A stretch of DNA of 64,000 bases from an uncultured Actinomycetota bacterium (GCA_963753435.1 CAVWCF010000001.1:352001-416000); one strand, 5' to 3'. Positions 1-10,736 are shown, counted from the first letter of the stretch. The notes: generated by a model from the letters alone, not told the origin. Numbers and translations: made by a program.

Positions 1-207
1 GGTCGGCCGCTGCACCTGCTCCATGAGCCAGGCGGCGGTTGCCGATTTGCCCGTGCCGGTGGCGCCGAGCAGGACGACGTGCTCCTCACCTGCCCGTATC
101 CGCCTGGTCAGGTCGGCAATTGCCGCCGGCTGGTCCCCGCTGGGTTGGAAGTCCGCCTCGACCCGGAACGGGGCGACGGTCCGCTGCAGATCACTGACGG
201 GGCGCAC
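1..207 (-). CDS. uvrB: Excinuclease ABC subunit B, N-terminal part (runs off window)
   Basis: Manual translation from GTG 207: [30 protein letters not shown]...[12 protein letters not shown]...QVQRPT, containing the UvrB P.GDQP motif and Walker A; follows coaE as in other actinobacteria. Confidence 0.93.
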   Translation of the reverse strand, partial: MRPVSDLQRTVAPFRVEADFQPSGDQPAAIADLTRRIRAGEEHVVLLGATGTGKSATAAWLMEQVQRPT

Positions 208-213
208 CGGGTC

Positions 214-235
214 AACCTACGACGGCCCTCCGACA
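214..235 (-). promoter_or_regulatory. PafBC-type (RecA-NDp) DNA-damage promoter, probably leaderless, for uvrB
   Basis: Minus strand TGTCGG-AGGGCCGTCG-TAGGTT matches TGTCGG-N10-TANNNT; 6 nt to the GTG start. Confidence 0.75.
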
Positions 236-289
236 ATCCCCATTCCGGGACAGCTCTTCCTTGGGCACAATCCGCACCCACGCGCGGAG

Positions 290-886
290 TCAGTCCAGCC
301 GGTCCCGCAACTCCCACCAGAGTTCCTGCACCTGACCGTCCAGATCCGACAGCGAACCGCCGTTGTCGATCACGACATCGGCGGCGGCATTGCGCTGCTC
401 GCGGGTGGCCTGAGCGGCCATCCGGGCCCGGGCGTCGGCCGGATCCATGCCACGGCCCGCCACGAGTCGGGCCAGGCGTACGTCATCAGGTGCGTCCACC
501 ACAACAACGATGTCGTACCGGTCCCCCAGGCCCTTCTCCACCAGGAGCGGGACGTCGTGGACCACTACCGAACCTGGGTCGGCAGTCGCTGCGGCCGCTC
601 GGCTGCGCTGCGCCACTTCTGGATGGACTATCCCCTCCAGCCGGGCCAATGCCGCGGCATCACGGAACACCAACGCAGACAACGCTGCCCGGTCAACGTG
701 GCCGTCCCGGTCGGTCACCTCCGGGCCGAACGCGGCGATCACGGCCGCCTCGCCCCGGGTGCCCGGCGCCAACGCCTCACGTGCGAATACATCGGCGTCG
801 ATCACGTGGGCGCCCAGCAGCGCCAGTCGGCGGGCGACTTCGGTCTTGCCGGATCCGATCCCCCCGGTCAGGCCCACGTGGATCAC
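290..886 (-). CDS. coaE: Dephospho-CoA kinase
   Basis: VGLTGGIGSGKT, IDAD, HP, DVPLL.E motifs; start reassigned to GTG 886. Confidence 0.96.
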   Translation of the reverse strand: MIHVGLTGGIGSGKTEVARRLALLGAHVIDADVFAREALAPGTRGEAAVIAAFGPEVTDRDGHVDRAALSALVFRDAAALARLEGIVHPEVAQRSRAAAATADPGSVVVHDVPLLVEKGLGDRYDIVVVVDAPDDVRLARLVAGRGMDPADARARMAAQATREQRNAAADVVIDNGGSLSDLDGQVQELWWELRDRLD

Positions 887-921
887 GACCGCATCCTGAC
901 ACGGCCAGGGCGGCAAACATG

Positions 922-955
922 CGAGAAGGCCCCGGCTATAGCCGGGGCCTTCTCG
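922..955. terminator. Hairpin terminator downstream of rpsA
   Basis: Perfect inverted repeat CGAGAAGGCCCCGGC-TATA-GCCGGGGCCTTCTCG just after the rpsA stop. Confidence 0.85.
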
Positions 956-963
956 GTTCTGAG

Positions 964-2433
964 CTATTCGCCCTCTGCGCTCGTCAACTTGTCTCGCAGA
1001 GCCTGCAGGGCCTCGTCGCTGGCGAGGGTGCCCTCGTCATCGGCCGCCGGCTCACTGGCGTACTCGGCTGCGGCGCCCTCGGTGGCTGCGTCGGCCTCCT
1101 CGGTCGCGGCCGCAGCGATCTGCTCCTTGTGCGCCTCCCAGCGGGCGTGAGCCTCGGCATACTGCCGCTCCCACTCCTCCTTCTGGTCCTCGTAACCGGG
1201 CAGCCACTCGCCGGTGCCGGGGTCGAAGCCGTCCGGGTAGACGTAATTGCCGGAATCGTCGTAACTGGCAGACATCCCGTAGACAGTCGGGTCGAAGTGG
1301 TCCGAAACCGCCTCGCCGATGGTCCCCTCGTTGGCCTGCTTCAGCGACAGGCTGATCCGGCGCCGCTCCAGGTCGATGTCGATGACCTTCACGAACAGCT
1401 CGTGGCCCACCTGAACCACCTGCTCGGGGATCTCCACATGCCGTTCCGCCAACTCGGAGATGTGCACCAGGCCCTCGATGCCGTCCTGCACGCGGACGAA
1501 GGCGCCGAACGGCACCAACTTCGTGACGCGCCCCGGGACGACCTGACCGATCTCGTGAAGCCGGGCGAAGTGCTGCCACGGGTCTTCCTGGGTGGACTTC
1601 AGTGACAGCGAGACACGCTCGCGGTCCATGTCCACGTCCAGCACCTCGACGGTGACCTCTTGGCCGACTTCGACAACCTCCGACGGGTGGTCGATGTGCT
1701 TCCAGGACAGTTCCGAGACGTGGACCAGACCGTCAACGCCGCCGAGGTCGACGAACGCGCCGAAGTTCACGATGGAGGAGACGACGCCCTTGCGGACCTG
1801 GCCCTTCTGCAACGTGACGAGGAAGTCCTGACGCACCGCGGACTGAGTCTGCTCCAGCCAGGCGCGGCGGGACAGAACGACGTTGTTGCGGTTCTTGTCC
1901 AGCTCGATGATCTTGGCTTCGAGTTCCTGGCCGACGTAGGGCTGCAGGTCGCGCACGCGACGCATCTCCACCAGCGAGGCCGGCAGGAAGCCGCGCAGAC
2001 CGATGTCCAGGATGAGGCCGCCCTTGACGACCTCGATGACCGTGCCGGTGACGACACCGTCCTCCTCTTTGACCTTCTCGATGCTGCCCCAGGCACGCTC
2101 GTACTGGGCGCGCTTCTTGGACAGGATCAGGCGACCGTCCTTGTCCTCCTTCTGCAGGACCAGCGCCTCAACGTGGTCACCGAGCGAGACGACCTCGCTG
2201 GGGTCCACGTCGTTCTTGATGCTGAGCTCGCGGGAGGGGATGACGCCTTCGGTCTTGTAGCCGATGTCGAGGAGGACCTCATCGCGGTCCACTTTCACGA
2301 CGATTCCGGCGACCACGTCGCCGTCGTCGAAGTACTTGATGGTGTCGTCAACCGCCGCCGCGAAGGCATCGGCGTCGCCGATGTCGTTGATCGCGATCTG
2401 GGCGGTGGGGGCTTCGGTAATGGTCGAGGTCAA
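964..2433 (-). CDS. rpsA: 30S ribosomal protein S1
   Basis: Four S1 repeats, actinobacterial type (IAINDIG...LSKKRAQYERAW...FGAFVDLGGVDGLVHVSELSW); likely TTG start at 2433. Confidence 0.97.
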   Translation of the reverse strand: MTSTITEAPTAQIAINDIGDADAFAAAVDDTIKYFDDGDVVAGIVVKVDRDEVLLDIGYKTEGVIPSRELSIKNDVDPSEVVSLGDHVEALVLQKEDKDGRLILSKKRAQYERAWGSIEKVKEEDGVVTGTVIEVVKGGLILDIGLRGFLPASLVEMRRVRDLQPYVGQELEAKIIELDKNRNNVVLSRRAWLEQTQSAVRQDFLVTLQKGQVRKGVVSSIVNFGAFVDLGGVDGLVHVSELSWKHIDHPSEVVEVGQEVTVEVLDVDMDRERVSLSLKSTQEDPWQHFARLHEIGQVVPGRVTKLVPFGAFVRVQDGIEGLVHISELAERHVEIPEQVVQVGHELFVKVIDIDLERRRISLSLKQANEGTIGEAVSDHFDPTVYGMSASYDDSGNYVYPDGFDPGTGEWLPGYEDQKEEWERQYAEAHARWEAHKEQIAAAATEEADAATEGAAAEYASEPAADDEGTLASDEALQALRDKLTSAEGE

Positions 2434-2629
2434 GGGGTTACTTCCGTCGCGGACAATGAGTCGTCGTTGCGTGATGAGCCCTTGGATCGACACGCCGGGA
2501 CCCGGATGAATGGGGCGACAGATCGAGCACGAGCCTGCTCCGTCTGAGGTCGCACAGGCCCACTACGCGAGGCAGGAGTCTACGGTGCCCCGCATGAACG
2601 GGGCAAACCAACCATTTGGAGCAGACAAG

Positions 2630-3715
2630 ATGACCGTGTTGCTCCTGCTCGGCGGGCTGATCTTCCTGGCCGCCGGGGGCGAATTGCTGGTCCGCGGAGC
2701 CTCGGCTTTCGCGCTGAGCGTGGGCCTGACGCCCCTCTTGGTCGGCCTGACCGTTGTGGCCGTCGGCACATCCGCCCCGGAAGCGGCAGTTTCGATAGAC
2801 GCGGCGATCGGCGGGAGCCCCGAACTCGCCCTTGGAAACGTGATCGGCAGCAATATCGCCAACATCCTCTTGGTCCTTGGCGTTTCGGCACTAATCGCCC
2901 CCTTGACCGTTGAGAGGCGCTTGGTCCGCATCGACCTGCCGGTCATGGTCGCCCTGTCCCTCCTCACCTGGCTCCTGGCGGCCAACGGTGGGCTTAGCCG
3001 GGCCGAGGGCGGGCTCCTGCTGGGACTCGTGCTGGCCTATGGCGCCGTCACCGTGATTGCGGCCCGGCGCCGGCCGACTGCCATGGGCCTCTCCACAGCC
3101 GACGCCAAACCGCTGCCGGTATCCACCGGCTGGCGGTTTCGGCTCGGCAATCTCTTGCTGGTCGGAGTTGGGATCGTGCTCCTGATTATCGGAGCCGGCT
3201 GGCTGGTGGAAGCCGCCACCGATATCGCACTCACCCTCGGCATCAGCGAGATCGTCGTCGGCCTGACCGTGGTTGCGCTCGGTACTTCGCTACCGGAACT
3301 GGCCACGTCGCTGATCGCCACAGCGCGGGGTGAGCGCGACCTCGCCGTCGGCAACGTCGTCGGGTCGAACATCGCCAACCTCGGCCTGGTCCTCGGCCTG
3401 TCCGCACTTGTTGCGGCCGGTGGGATCCCCGTGCCGGACTCGGTCTTGCTATTCGACCTTCCGTTCATGGTGGCGGTGGCACTTGCGGCGCTGCCGATCG
3501 CCCTGACCGGGTTCGTGATCGCCAGATGGGAAGGCGCCTTCTTCGTCGGGTACTTGATCGCCTACGTGCTCTACCTGTGGTTGGACTCCACCGGTTACGA
3601 GCGCATCGACGCCTTCAGCTCCGTCGTATTCGGGTTCGTCCTGCCGCTGATCGTCGGGACCATCGTTCTCGTAGCCGCGTTCGAATGGCGGTCTCGCCGG
3701 CAGCGGTTGGTCTGA
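2630..3715 (+). CDS. Ca2+/Na+ antiporter (CaCA/YrbG family)
   Basis: Two alpha repeats GTSAPE...GNVIGSNIAN and GTSLPE...GNVVGSNIAN; many TM segments; alternative start ATG 2594. Confidence 0.93.
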   Translation: MTVLLLLGGLIFLAAGGELLVRGASAFALSVGLTPLLVGLTVVAVGTSAPEAAVSIDAAIGGSPELALGNVIGSNIANILLVLGVSALIAPLTVERRLVRIDLPVMVALSLLTWLLAANGGLSRAEGGLLLGLVLAYGAVTVIAARRRPTAMGLSTADAKPLPVSTGWRFRLGNLLLVGVGIVLLIIGAGWLVEAATDIALTLGISEIVVGLTVVALGTSLPELATSLIATARGERDLAVGNVVGSNIANLGLVLGLSALVAAGGIPVPDSVLLFDLPFMVAVALAALPIALTGFVIARWEGAFFVGYLIAYVLYLWLDSTGYERIDAFSSVVFGFVLPLIVGTIVLVAAFEWRSRRQRLV

Positions 3716-3748
3716 CCCGGGCATGGACCCGGGTCAGACCGCGAACCG

Positions 3749-6010
3749 CTAGGAACGCTGAGCCAGCAGGTACGCCCCGGCAGCGGCGCCACCCAACAGC
3801 ACCAAAGCGGCGATGAGGCGAGCCAGGTTGCTGTCGCTGGCACCGCCCGCGCCGGCGATGTCGTAGGAGTAGGCGGCCGACGCCTGTGCGGAGTCCTCCG
3901 GAGCCCCGTACGGCAGGCCACCGTCGGCAGTGCGTTCCGCACTGGCCTCGATCACGGCTACTCGGGTGCCGAAGTCCAGCGCTGTCGCGTTGCCGGCCGC
4001 GAGCAACTGCTGGCTGCCCTCTTCGGACAACTGACCAGCGCCGGACTCGATCTGCTCCACGCCCGGGACAGCCTGCGTCAAACCGTCGGCGATCTGGCCG
4101 CCGCCATCGGCGGCATCGGCAAGACCGTCCTCGAGTTGCTGAGTACCGTCGGCGAGCTGCGAGCTGCCGTCAGCAGCGTCCTCAAGCCCGCTTGCCAACG
4201 TGGAGTTGCCATCAGCTACCTGATCGGCACCATCGGCGGCCCCGCCGAGCCCACTGGCCAACGTCGCTGCGCCATCAGCCACCTGGTCGGCGCCAGCGGA
4301 AAGCTGTTGCGCACCTGCGACCGCGGACTGGAGGCCAGCAATCAGCTGGTCCATTCCGGGCAGTAGTCGAGCGTCGATCCCGCCTACAACCTGCAGTAGC
4401 GCGTCCGCTGCAGCCTTGGTCTGGGCTTTCAGCCCGCCTGGATCCGCCGGCGCCAAGATCCCTGCAGGCAGGCCCAGCCCGTATACGAGGTTCGACAAGA
4501 GCACGCAGTTGTTGGTGGCTGGATAGGGCGGGCTCAGGCTTGAAGGTGGAACAACCGGTGGAATCGGTACCCCGGCGTTCTGGGGGCAAGGACTCCCAGG
4601 AGCGGGGAATGACGTGATCTCCTGCGTATAGGCCAATTTTGCAGCCCCGATGAGCTGGTCAATGTCACCACCAGCGGATGCGGCGTCACCGAGCAGCGTC
4701 CCCACCAGGTTGACAACTTCCCTAACGCCGCATGGGTTTGATGGGTTTGCCGGGTCGGCCGGGTTGCACGCGGGATTACTGAGGCCGACCTTCAGCTGAC
4801 GCGCACCCGCCTCAAGCTTGGGTAGCCCTTCAACGCCGGCGAGCGTGGCTAGGCCGTCGGCAACCTGTTGCGCGCCCGCCGCCAACGCAACCGCTCCGGG
4901 AACTGCGGTTCCGTTGAGTCCAGCGGCCAGCTCGGAGCTACCAGCGGCAAGTTGTTGAGCGCCTGGCACGGCCGTGCCATTCAAACCGGCGCTTAGTTCC
5001 TGAGCGCCATCGTTCAACTGCTCGGCGCCTGGGAGAGCGGTGTCGTTCAACCCGGCCGACAACTGGCTTGCGCCGTCCTCAAGTTGCAGCAGGCCAGCCA
5101 GCAATTGCCCCGCGCCATCCTGCAACTTCAGCAGGTTCTCGTCGATCTGCTGGGCACCGCTGGTCAGGTCCTGACCCGTCTTGGCACCATCCTCGAAGGA
5201 CTTCTTGGCGCTGGAAACCGTTGGATTCTCCAAGGGGCGAATAACGGCGATTGTCAGGTTAGCCGGCGGGATGACCGCGTCCGTCACGTCGGCCTTGTAC
5301 GAGACCTCGGCGACGGGATTACTAAGGGGCGGAATCAGCGTGATGCTGTACTTCAACTTCGTGCCACCCCGGCCGTCACCGGCAACCGCACCCGCCGGAG
5401 CTTCGACCGCGGTCATGGAGTTCGGCAGGATGATGTCCATCGTCGCAGCGAGCGGGATGTAGACCATCTCTCTGCTGGATGCCTTGCCGCCGGTTCCGTC
5501 CTCATAGGTGACCTGAGTCGGCTCGCCCGTGACGTTTTCGACGCGGTAGTTCACTTCCAATTCGCCGGACTTGCCGACGACATCCTCCGCGTCCAGTTCC
5601 TGACCATCGAGGCGATAGGTGATTCGAACCTCCACCGGCAGGTCCTTGGTGAAGTCGGCTACGTAGCGCTGGGTCGCTTGGCCGTCGGCGTCTACTGACG
5701 AAACGATCTCTTCGCCGGACAACTCCGGACTCCCGAACCCATCGAGGTTGCGCAGCCCCTTGGTCGAGATCGGGTTGGTGAACTCGACCTCACCAGATCC
5801 GGTCACGGTCACCTGGTCGTACACCCGGGCCAGGTCGACCTCACCGGAAGGCTTCAGCTTGGCGTTGACGGTTTCCCGGTTGCTGATGTCAACCGGCCCG
5901 TCACCGTTAGCCGCGGTTGCGACAACCGGTGTCAGGACAGCACCAAGGACCAAGGCGCCATATACCGCGGTGCTCGCCGCCACCGCACGCTTGAGCCGCT
6001 GCGACCTCAT
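3749..6010 (-). CDS. Secreted, C-terminally membrane-anchored protein with GAxQLxxG helical repeats (YhgE/Pip-like repeats)
   Basis: N-terminal signal peptide, 21-22 aa repeats (GAQQLAAGSSELAAGLNGTAVP; GADQVADG..TLASGL..AAD), C-terminal TM. Confidence 0.75.
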   Translation of the reverse strand: MRSQRLKRAVAASTAVYGALVLGAVLTPVVATAANGDGPVDISNRETVNAKLKPSGEVDLARVYDQVTVTGSGEVEFTNPISTKGLRNLDGFGSPELSGEEIVSSVDADGQATQRYVADFTKDLPVEVRITYRLDGQELDAEDVVGKSGELEVNYRVENVTGEPTQVTYEDGTGGKASSREMVYIPLAATMDIILPNSMTAVEAPAGAVAGDGRGGTKLKYSITLIPPLSNPVAEVSYKADVTDAVIPPANLTIAVIRPLENPTVSSAKKSFEDGAKTGQDLTSGAQQIDENLLKLQDGAGQLLAGLLQLEDGASQLSAGLNDTALPGAEQLNDGAQELSAGLNGTAVPGAQQLAAGSSELAAGLNGTAVPGAVALAAGAQQVADGLATLAGVEGLPKLEAGARQLKVGLSNPACNPADPANPSNPCGVREVVNLVGTLLGDAASAGGDIDQLIGAAKLAYTQEITSFPAPGSPCPQNAGVPIPPVVPPSSLSPPYPATNNCVLLSNLVYGLGLPAGILAPADPGGLKAQTKAAADALLQVVGGIDARLLPGMDQLIAGLQSAVAGAQQLSAGADQVADGAATLASGLGGAADGADQVADGNSTLASGLEDAADGSSQLADGTQQLEDGLADAADGGGQIADGLTQAVPGVEQIESGAGQLSEEGSQQLLAAGNATALDFGTRVAVIEASAERTADGGLPYGAPEDSAQASAAYSYDIAGAGGASDSNLARLIAALVLLGGAAAGAYLLAQRS

Positions 6011-6555
6011 TCCCCCGCCTCCGAACTGCTCTGCAGGGCGTATCCCTGCTCCAGATCTTCCTCTTCATCGCTGGGCGCGAACCAAACGCCAGCCGCAAAC
6101 CCAAGCGCCGCACTCAGCAGGATCGAGGTAGCCCAAGTCGGACTCGTGCTCAGCACATCCGGTGGCGAAGCGGTGAACGCCGCCTCGTAGGCGCCGACCA
6201 TCGCCGCCACTCCCAGCAGACCCGACCAAAGGGGCGTTCGACCGAATGTGAGCGCGATGAGCCCGGTGACGAGCAAGACCACGACAACGGCAGCGACGGC
6301 TCGCCCGGATGAACTGTCGGGCAGGACACCAGCGCGGATCGGATAGGCGGCCCAGGCAACGACGAAGCCGATGCCGAAACCAAGAAGGCGCCAGAAGACT
6401 CCCCCGGCCCCAGCAAGCGCCAGGACACCACCGATGCCAATCCCGAGGAGGATCGTCGAGTCGACATCCCAGCCCAACGCGTCGCCGAGGACGACGCCCA
6501 GGAGTGCTGCCAGCGCGAGTGCGCCACCGGCCATAAGTGTTCGTGAAGTGCTCAT
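6007..6555 (-). CDS. Hypothetical integral membrane protein (~6 TM)
   Basis: Hydrophobic 182 aa ORF with an acidic tail; 4-bp overlap with the downstream gene. Confidence 0.8.
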   Translation of the reverse strand: MSTSRTLMAGGALALAALLGVVLGDALGWDVDSTILLGIGIGGVLALAGAGGVFWRLLGFGIGFVVAWAAYPIRAGVLPDSSSGRAVAAVVVVLLVTGLIALTFGRTPLWSGLLGVAAMVGAYEAAFTASPPDVLSTSPTWATSILLSAALGFAAGVWFAPSDEEEDLEQGYALQSSSEAGE

Positions 6556-6580
6556 CTACCTTCCCCTGTCGATTGGCTTG

Positions 6581-7967
6581 TCACGGCGTGACATCACCTG
6601 GCCACGGAGGTGGCGTGTACTGGAGGTTCAAACCAGTGGTCGTGCCAAATGCCGTTCGGATCGCTTCGTCTTCCGGCGCTGCGCCTGAGTCCAACCACTG
6701 ATCAATCAGGGTCGGGCCGGCCACCCATTCCGACGTGGTGAAGACGCAGTGTCCCGCGCCGTACTCGGCCGGCGCGGTGAACGAGCGCGGCGCGACAGTG
6801 AACAACTGCTTCAGCGAGTCGGTGGCCCCGTTGTCGGCAACTCGTTCGCCGAACAGGGTCTGGTTCTGCACGATGACCAGCGGATCGGCTGCGGTGTGAA
6901 CGGCCAACGTGGGCATGTTGAGGTCGCCGGTCGGTTGGCCCAGTTCTGCTGCGCGGGCGCGTGCTACGGGATCCGCGGCCACCTTGGGTGCGGCCTCCAC
7001 CAGGTCGATCAACTCCTGCGCTCGACCGCCCGACAGCGCATTGATCTGCGAGAACTCGTCCGCATCAACGCGCAAGGAATAGTCGGCATCGATGTTCTGG
7101 CTCGGATTCCCGCCGGCACGCTGTTCCAACTCGTAACGCACGAACGTGGAGTAGCCCAGAGCCGTGGCCAACGCCTCGCCGTAGGCGGCCAACTCCGACG
7201 AAAGGCTGGCGCCGTCTTGGTTCTGGGTCTGCGCGGGAGCGTCCACCATGGCCGCAATGGCGCGGAGCCGGGCCGGGCCCTCAGTCAGGTCGCCGACAGC
7301 CGCTTCCAAGGCTTGCACCGCCCTGGTCCATTCGGCCACGGCTTCCTCGAACGAAGCGAAGCTGGTTACTTTCAGCTGCGGATCGATCAGCGCCTTGAAC
7401 GCCACGGCAGCGTCCAGCGCCACGTCAAAGTTGTCGACGGTTCCCCCGAGCACGCCGCAGTAGGGCACTGCGGCGTCGGCCCAGTCGACCTGCTCTGCCA
7501 GCGTCTGCGTGATCAGACCACCCAGGGACGCTCCCCAAACGACCACCCGCTGCGGCGCACCGGCGTTCGCAACGAAGAAGTCGTACACCGCGGTCTGGTC
7601 CTCGACCGCGTCTTCGACAGCCCAGCCGTTGCTCCGGTACGCAGAACCGGCAAGGGCATACCCCTGACCGAGCAGCGCCTCGGCCACCTCGTCGGTCGGC
7701 GCCGATTCGGCGTCGGTGCTGACCGGGTCGAAGTCCGGAGGAGCCGGACGAGCCTGTCGATAGCCGTGGGACCACAGCAACAGGGTCCCGTTCCATTCGT
7801 CCGGTATCTGGATCTCGTAGGCGGCGCCGTCGAGATCGCCGGTGCACGCGAACCTGTCACAGCCGTTCACGGGAACGCGACTCGGCGACGGCTTCATCGC
7901 TCGTGGAGCACGAGGCAGGTGAACCAGGGCAACCGTCGATCAGCCCAACGACAGGCCAACTTCGCAT
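6581..7967 (-). CDS. Alpha/beta-fold hydrolase, probably exported; 5' end frameshifted
   Basis: WNGTLLLWSHGY, nucleophile elbow WGASLGG, C-terminal GHC.F; ATG 7967 (MRSWPVVGL...SCSTSDEAVAES) is out of frame with ORF 6581..7897. Confidence 0.75.
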
Positions 7968-8018
7968 GAACGGAGTGTGGGGCACGCAAGGTCGATTGTG
8001 CGCGGCAAATCGCTGATT

Positions 8019-8034
8019 GTTACCGCGCAGTAAC
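8019..8034. promoter_or_regulatory. GlnR/MtrA-type box upstream of the hydrolase operon
   Basis: GTTAC-CGCGCA-GTAAC fits GTNAC-N6-GTNAC on both strands, in the 81-bp intergenic gap. Confidence 0.45.
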
Positions 8035-8048
8035 CTGTCGGCAGCCGA

Positions 8049-10713
8049 CTAGTGCGCGGCCGCCTCCCAGTTGGCGCCGACGCCAACCGAGACCTCTAGG
8101 GGTACTAGCAACTCTGCCGCTGCGCCCATTTCGGAACGCACCAAGTCCGACAACTGCTGCTGCTCGCCCGGCGCCAATTCCAGGACGAGTTCGTCGTGCA
8201 CCTGCAACAGCATCCGCGAGCGCAATCCCTGCTCATCCAGCGCCCGCTGCACGCGCAGCATCGCCACCTTGACGATGTCGGCGGCCGAGCCCTGAATCGG
8301 GGCGTTGAGTGCCATCCGTTCGGCCATCTCCCGCCGCTGCCGGTTGTCACTGTTGAGATCCGGCAAGTAGCGCCGGCGTCCCAGCAACGTCTGCGTGTAC
8401 CCATCCAGCCGCGCCTGCTCCACAACGCTGTGCAGATAGTCGCGGATGCCGCCAAAGCGCTTGAAGTACTCCTCCATCGAGGGCTGCCGCCTCGCTTGTT
8501 TCCACGCCCAGCTGCTGGGATAGGCCGTAGCTGGACAGCCCGTACGCCAACCCATAGGACATGGCCTTGATCTTGGAGCGCATCTCGGCATCCACGTCGG
8601 CGGCTTCCACGCCGAACACCATTCGGGCGACGGAGGTGTGGAGGTCCTCACCGGAGGAGAAGGCTTCGATCAGGCGCTCGTCGCGGCTGGCGTGCGCCAT
8701 GATCCGCAACTCGATCTGGCTGTAATCGGCAGTGAGTAGGGCTTCATAACCCGCGCCCGGTACGAAGGCCGCGCGAATGCGCCGACCCGCCTCGGTGCGA
8801 ACCGGGATGTTCTGCAGGTTCGGGTCGGTGGAGGACAGCCGTCCCGTGGCGGCCACCGCTTGCCGGAAGGTGGTGTGGATGCGGCCGTCCTTCGCCACGC
8901 TTCGCTGTAGGCCCTCGACCGTACTCAGCAACCTGGTGGCGTCCCGGTGGGCGAGCAGGTGCATCAGCACGGGGTGCTCGGTCTTGGCGTACAGACCGGT
9001 AAGCGCATCCGCATCGGTGGTGTACCCGGTCTTGATCTTCTTGGTCTTGGGTAGCCCGAGTTCGTCGAAGAGGATCTGTTGGAGTTGCTTGGGCGAACCC
9101 AGGTTGAACGGATGTCCCACCGACTCGTGAGCGGCCGCCACCGAATCGGCCACGGCCGCACGGAAGTCAGCGGCCAAGGCAGCCAGGTGTTGGGCATCCA
9201 CGGCTATCCCGTCCGCCTCCATTCCGACAAGTACGTCGGCGACCGGAAGTTCGAGATCGGTGAGCAACGACGTCGATTCCCGATCGGCCAGCAGGGCGAG
9301 AAGTTCGGGAGCAAGGCGTCGGATGGTCTCTGCTTCGCGCGCAAGTCGCTGCCCAAGCGATGAAACGTCCGCGTCGAGTGCCAACTGACCGTCAGCAGCC
9401 GAGTCCGATCCCAGCGCTGGGATCTCCCCCAGTACCTGAGTGGCGACGTCTTCCAGGCCGAAAGTGCGGCGACCCGGCTGCGCCAGGTAGGCGGCCAACT
9501 CGGTATCGCATGTAATGCCGGCAACCGGCCATCCCCGGGCGTGGGCGGCGTGCAGCAACGGCTTTGCGTCATGCACGAACTTCGCGCGTTCGGGATCCGC
9601 CAACCAGTCGGAGATCGCGGTGGTCGCATCTGGGCCGACCTGGTCCAGTTCCACCCAGTACGCGCCATCCCCCGCCAGCCCGAGCACGCTCAACCGGGCT
9701 GTTCCGGACGCAAGCGTGGCGTCGGACGCAAGGGCCACGGCCTCCTGTTTCGACAACCAGTTCGCTACTTCGCGGGCGTCCAGCGCACCTACCTCGAACT
9801 CAGCTCGCGCAACCGTTTGAGTGGGCTCCGAACCCGGCCAGGCATCTGGCAGACGTTCCCGCAGGACCCGGAACTGCAGCGTGTCGAAGATCTGGTCGAT
9901 CCGGGCCGGCTCGTACGGGGGCAAGCGCAAATCGGCGAGTTCCACCTCCAGCGGCACGGAGCGCACGAGTTCCGTAAGGCGGCGATTCGTCAGAACCTGC
10001 GCCAGATGGTCACGCAGAGCCGTGCCGACCTTGCCGCCGACCTCATCGACGTGCTCTACCAAACCGTCCAGTGAGCCGTACTGCTGCAGCCACTTGGTGG
10101 CGGTCTTCTCGCCGACCCCGGGGATGTTCGGGAGGTTGTCGCTGGGATCGCCACGAAGAGCGGCGAAGTCGGGGTACTGAGACGGTGACAGCCCATATCG
10201 GTCCTGCACCGCCTGCGGGGTCATCCGTTCGAGTTCGGACACCCCGCGTTTCGGGTAGAGCACCGTGGTGTCGGCGCCCACCAGCTGGAAGCAGTCGCGA
10301 TCCCCGGTGAGGATGCGGGTCTCCCAACGCTCTTGTCCGGCTTGCGTCGCCAACGTGGCGATGACGTCGTCAGCCTCGAACCCGTCTACTGCCACAACCG
10401 CCACCCCGAGCGCCTCCAGCACCTCCCGGATCAGGTCAACCTGTCCGGCGAACTCCTTCGGCGAAGCAGAGCGGTTCGCCTTGTACTCGGCGAACTGCTC
10501 ACTTCGGAACGTCTTGCGCGATACGTCGAAGGCCACGGCGAGATGGGAGGGCTGTTCGTCACGTACAGCGTTAATGAGCATTGAGATGAACCCGTACACA
10601 GCGTTGGTTGGTTGCCCGGTGGTCGTAGCGAAATTCTCGACTGGCAAGGCGTAGAAGGCCCGATACGCAAGCGAGTGGCCGTCGAGCAGTAGTAGCACCG
10701 GGCGGTCAGGCAT
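8049..10713 (-). CDS. polA: DNA polymerase I, split by a +1 frameshift near 8479 (likely sequencing error)
   Basis: 5'-3' exonuclease LLDGHSLAYRA, TGRLSSTDPNLQNIP, ADYSQIELR in one frame; ALNAPIQGSAAD, LLQVHDEL in another; CTC-G-ATG-GAG-GAG-TAC shows the extra base. Confidence 0.95.
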
Positions 10714-10736
10714 CTGTTGATCCTAGGGTCGGCTCC
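10714..10736. promoter_or_regulatory. Overlapping divergent -10 elements for leaderless polA and DUF554 gene
   Basis: TAGGAT (minus, 6 nt from ATG) and TAGGGT (plus, 7 nt from GTG) share a TA in a 23-bp gap with no RBS. Confidence 0.6.

Noticed and set aside
8347-8651. polA as a pseudogene or programmed frameshift
   Set aside because: Single extra base with both halves conserved, no slippery site, and similar indels elsewhere in the window; assembly error is more likely
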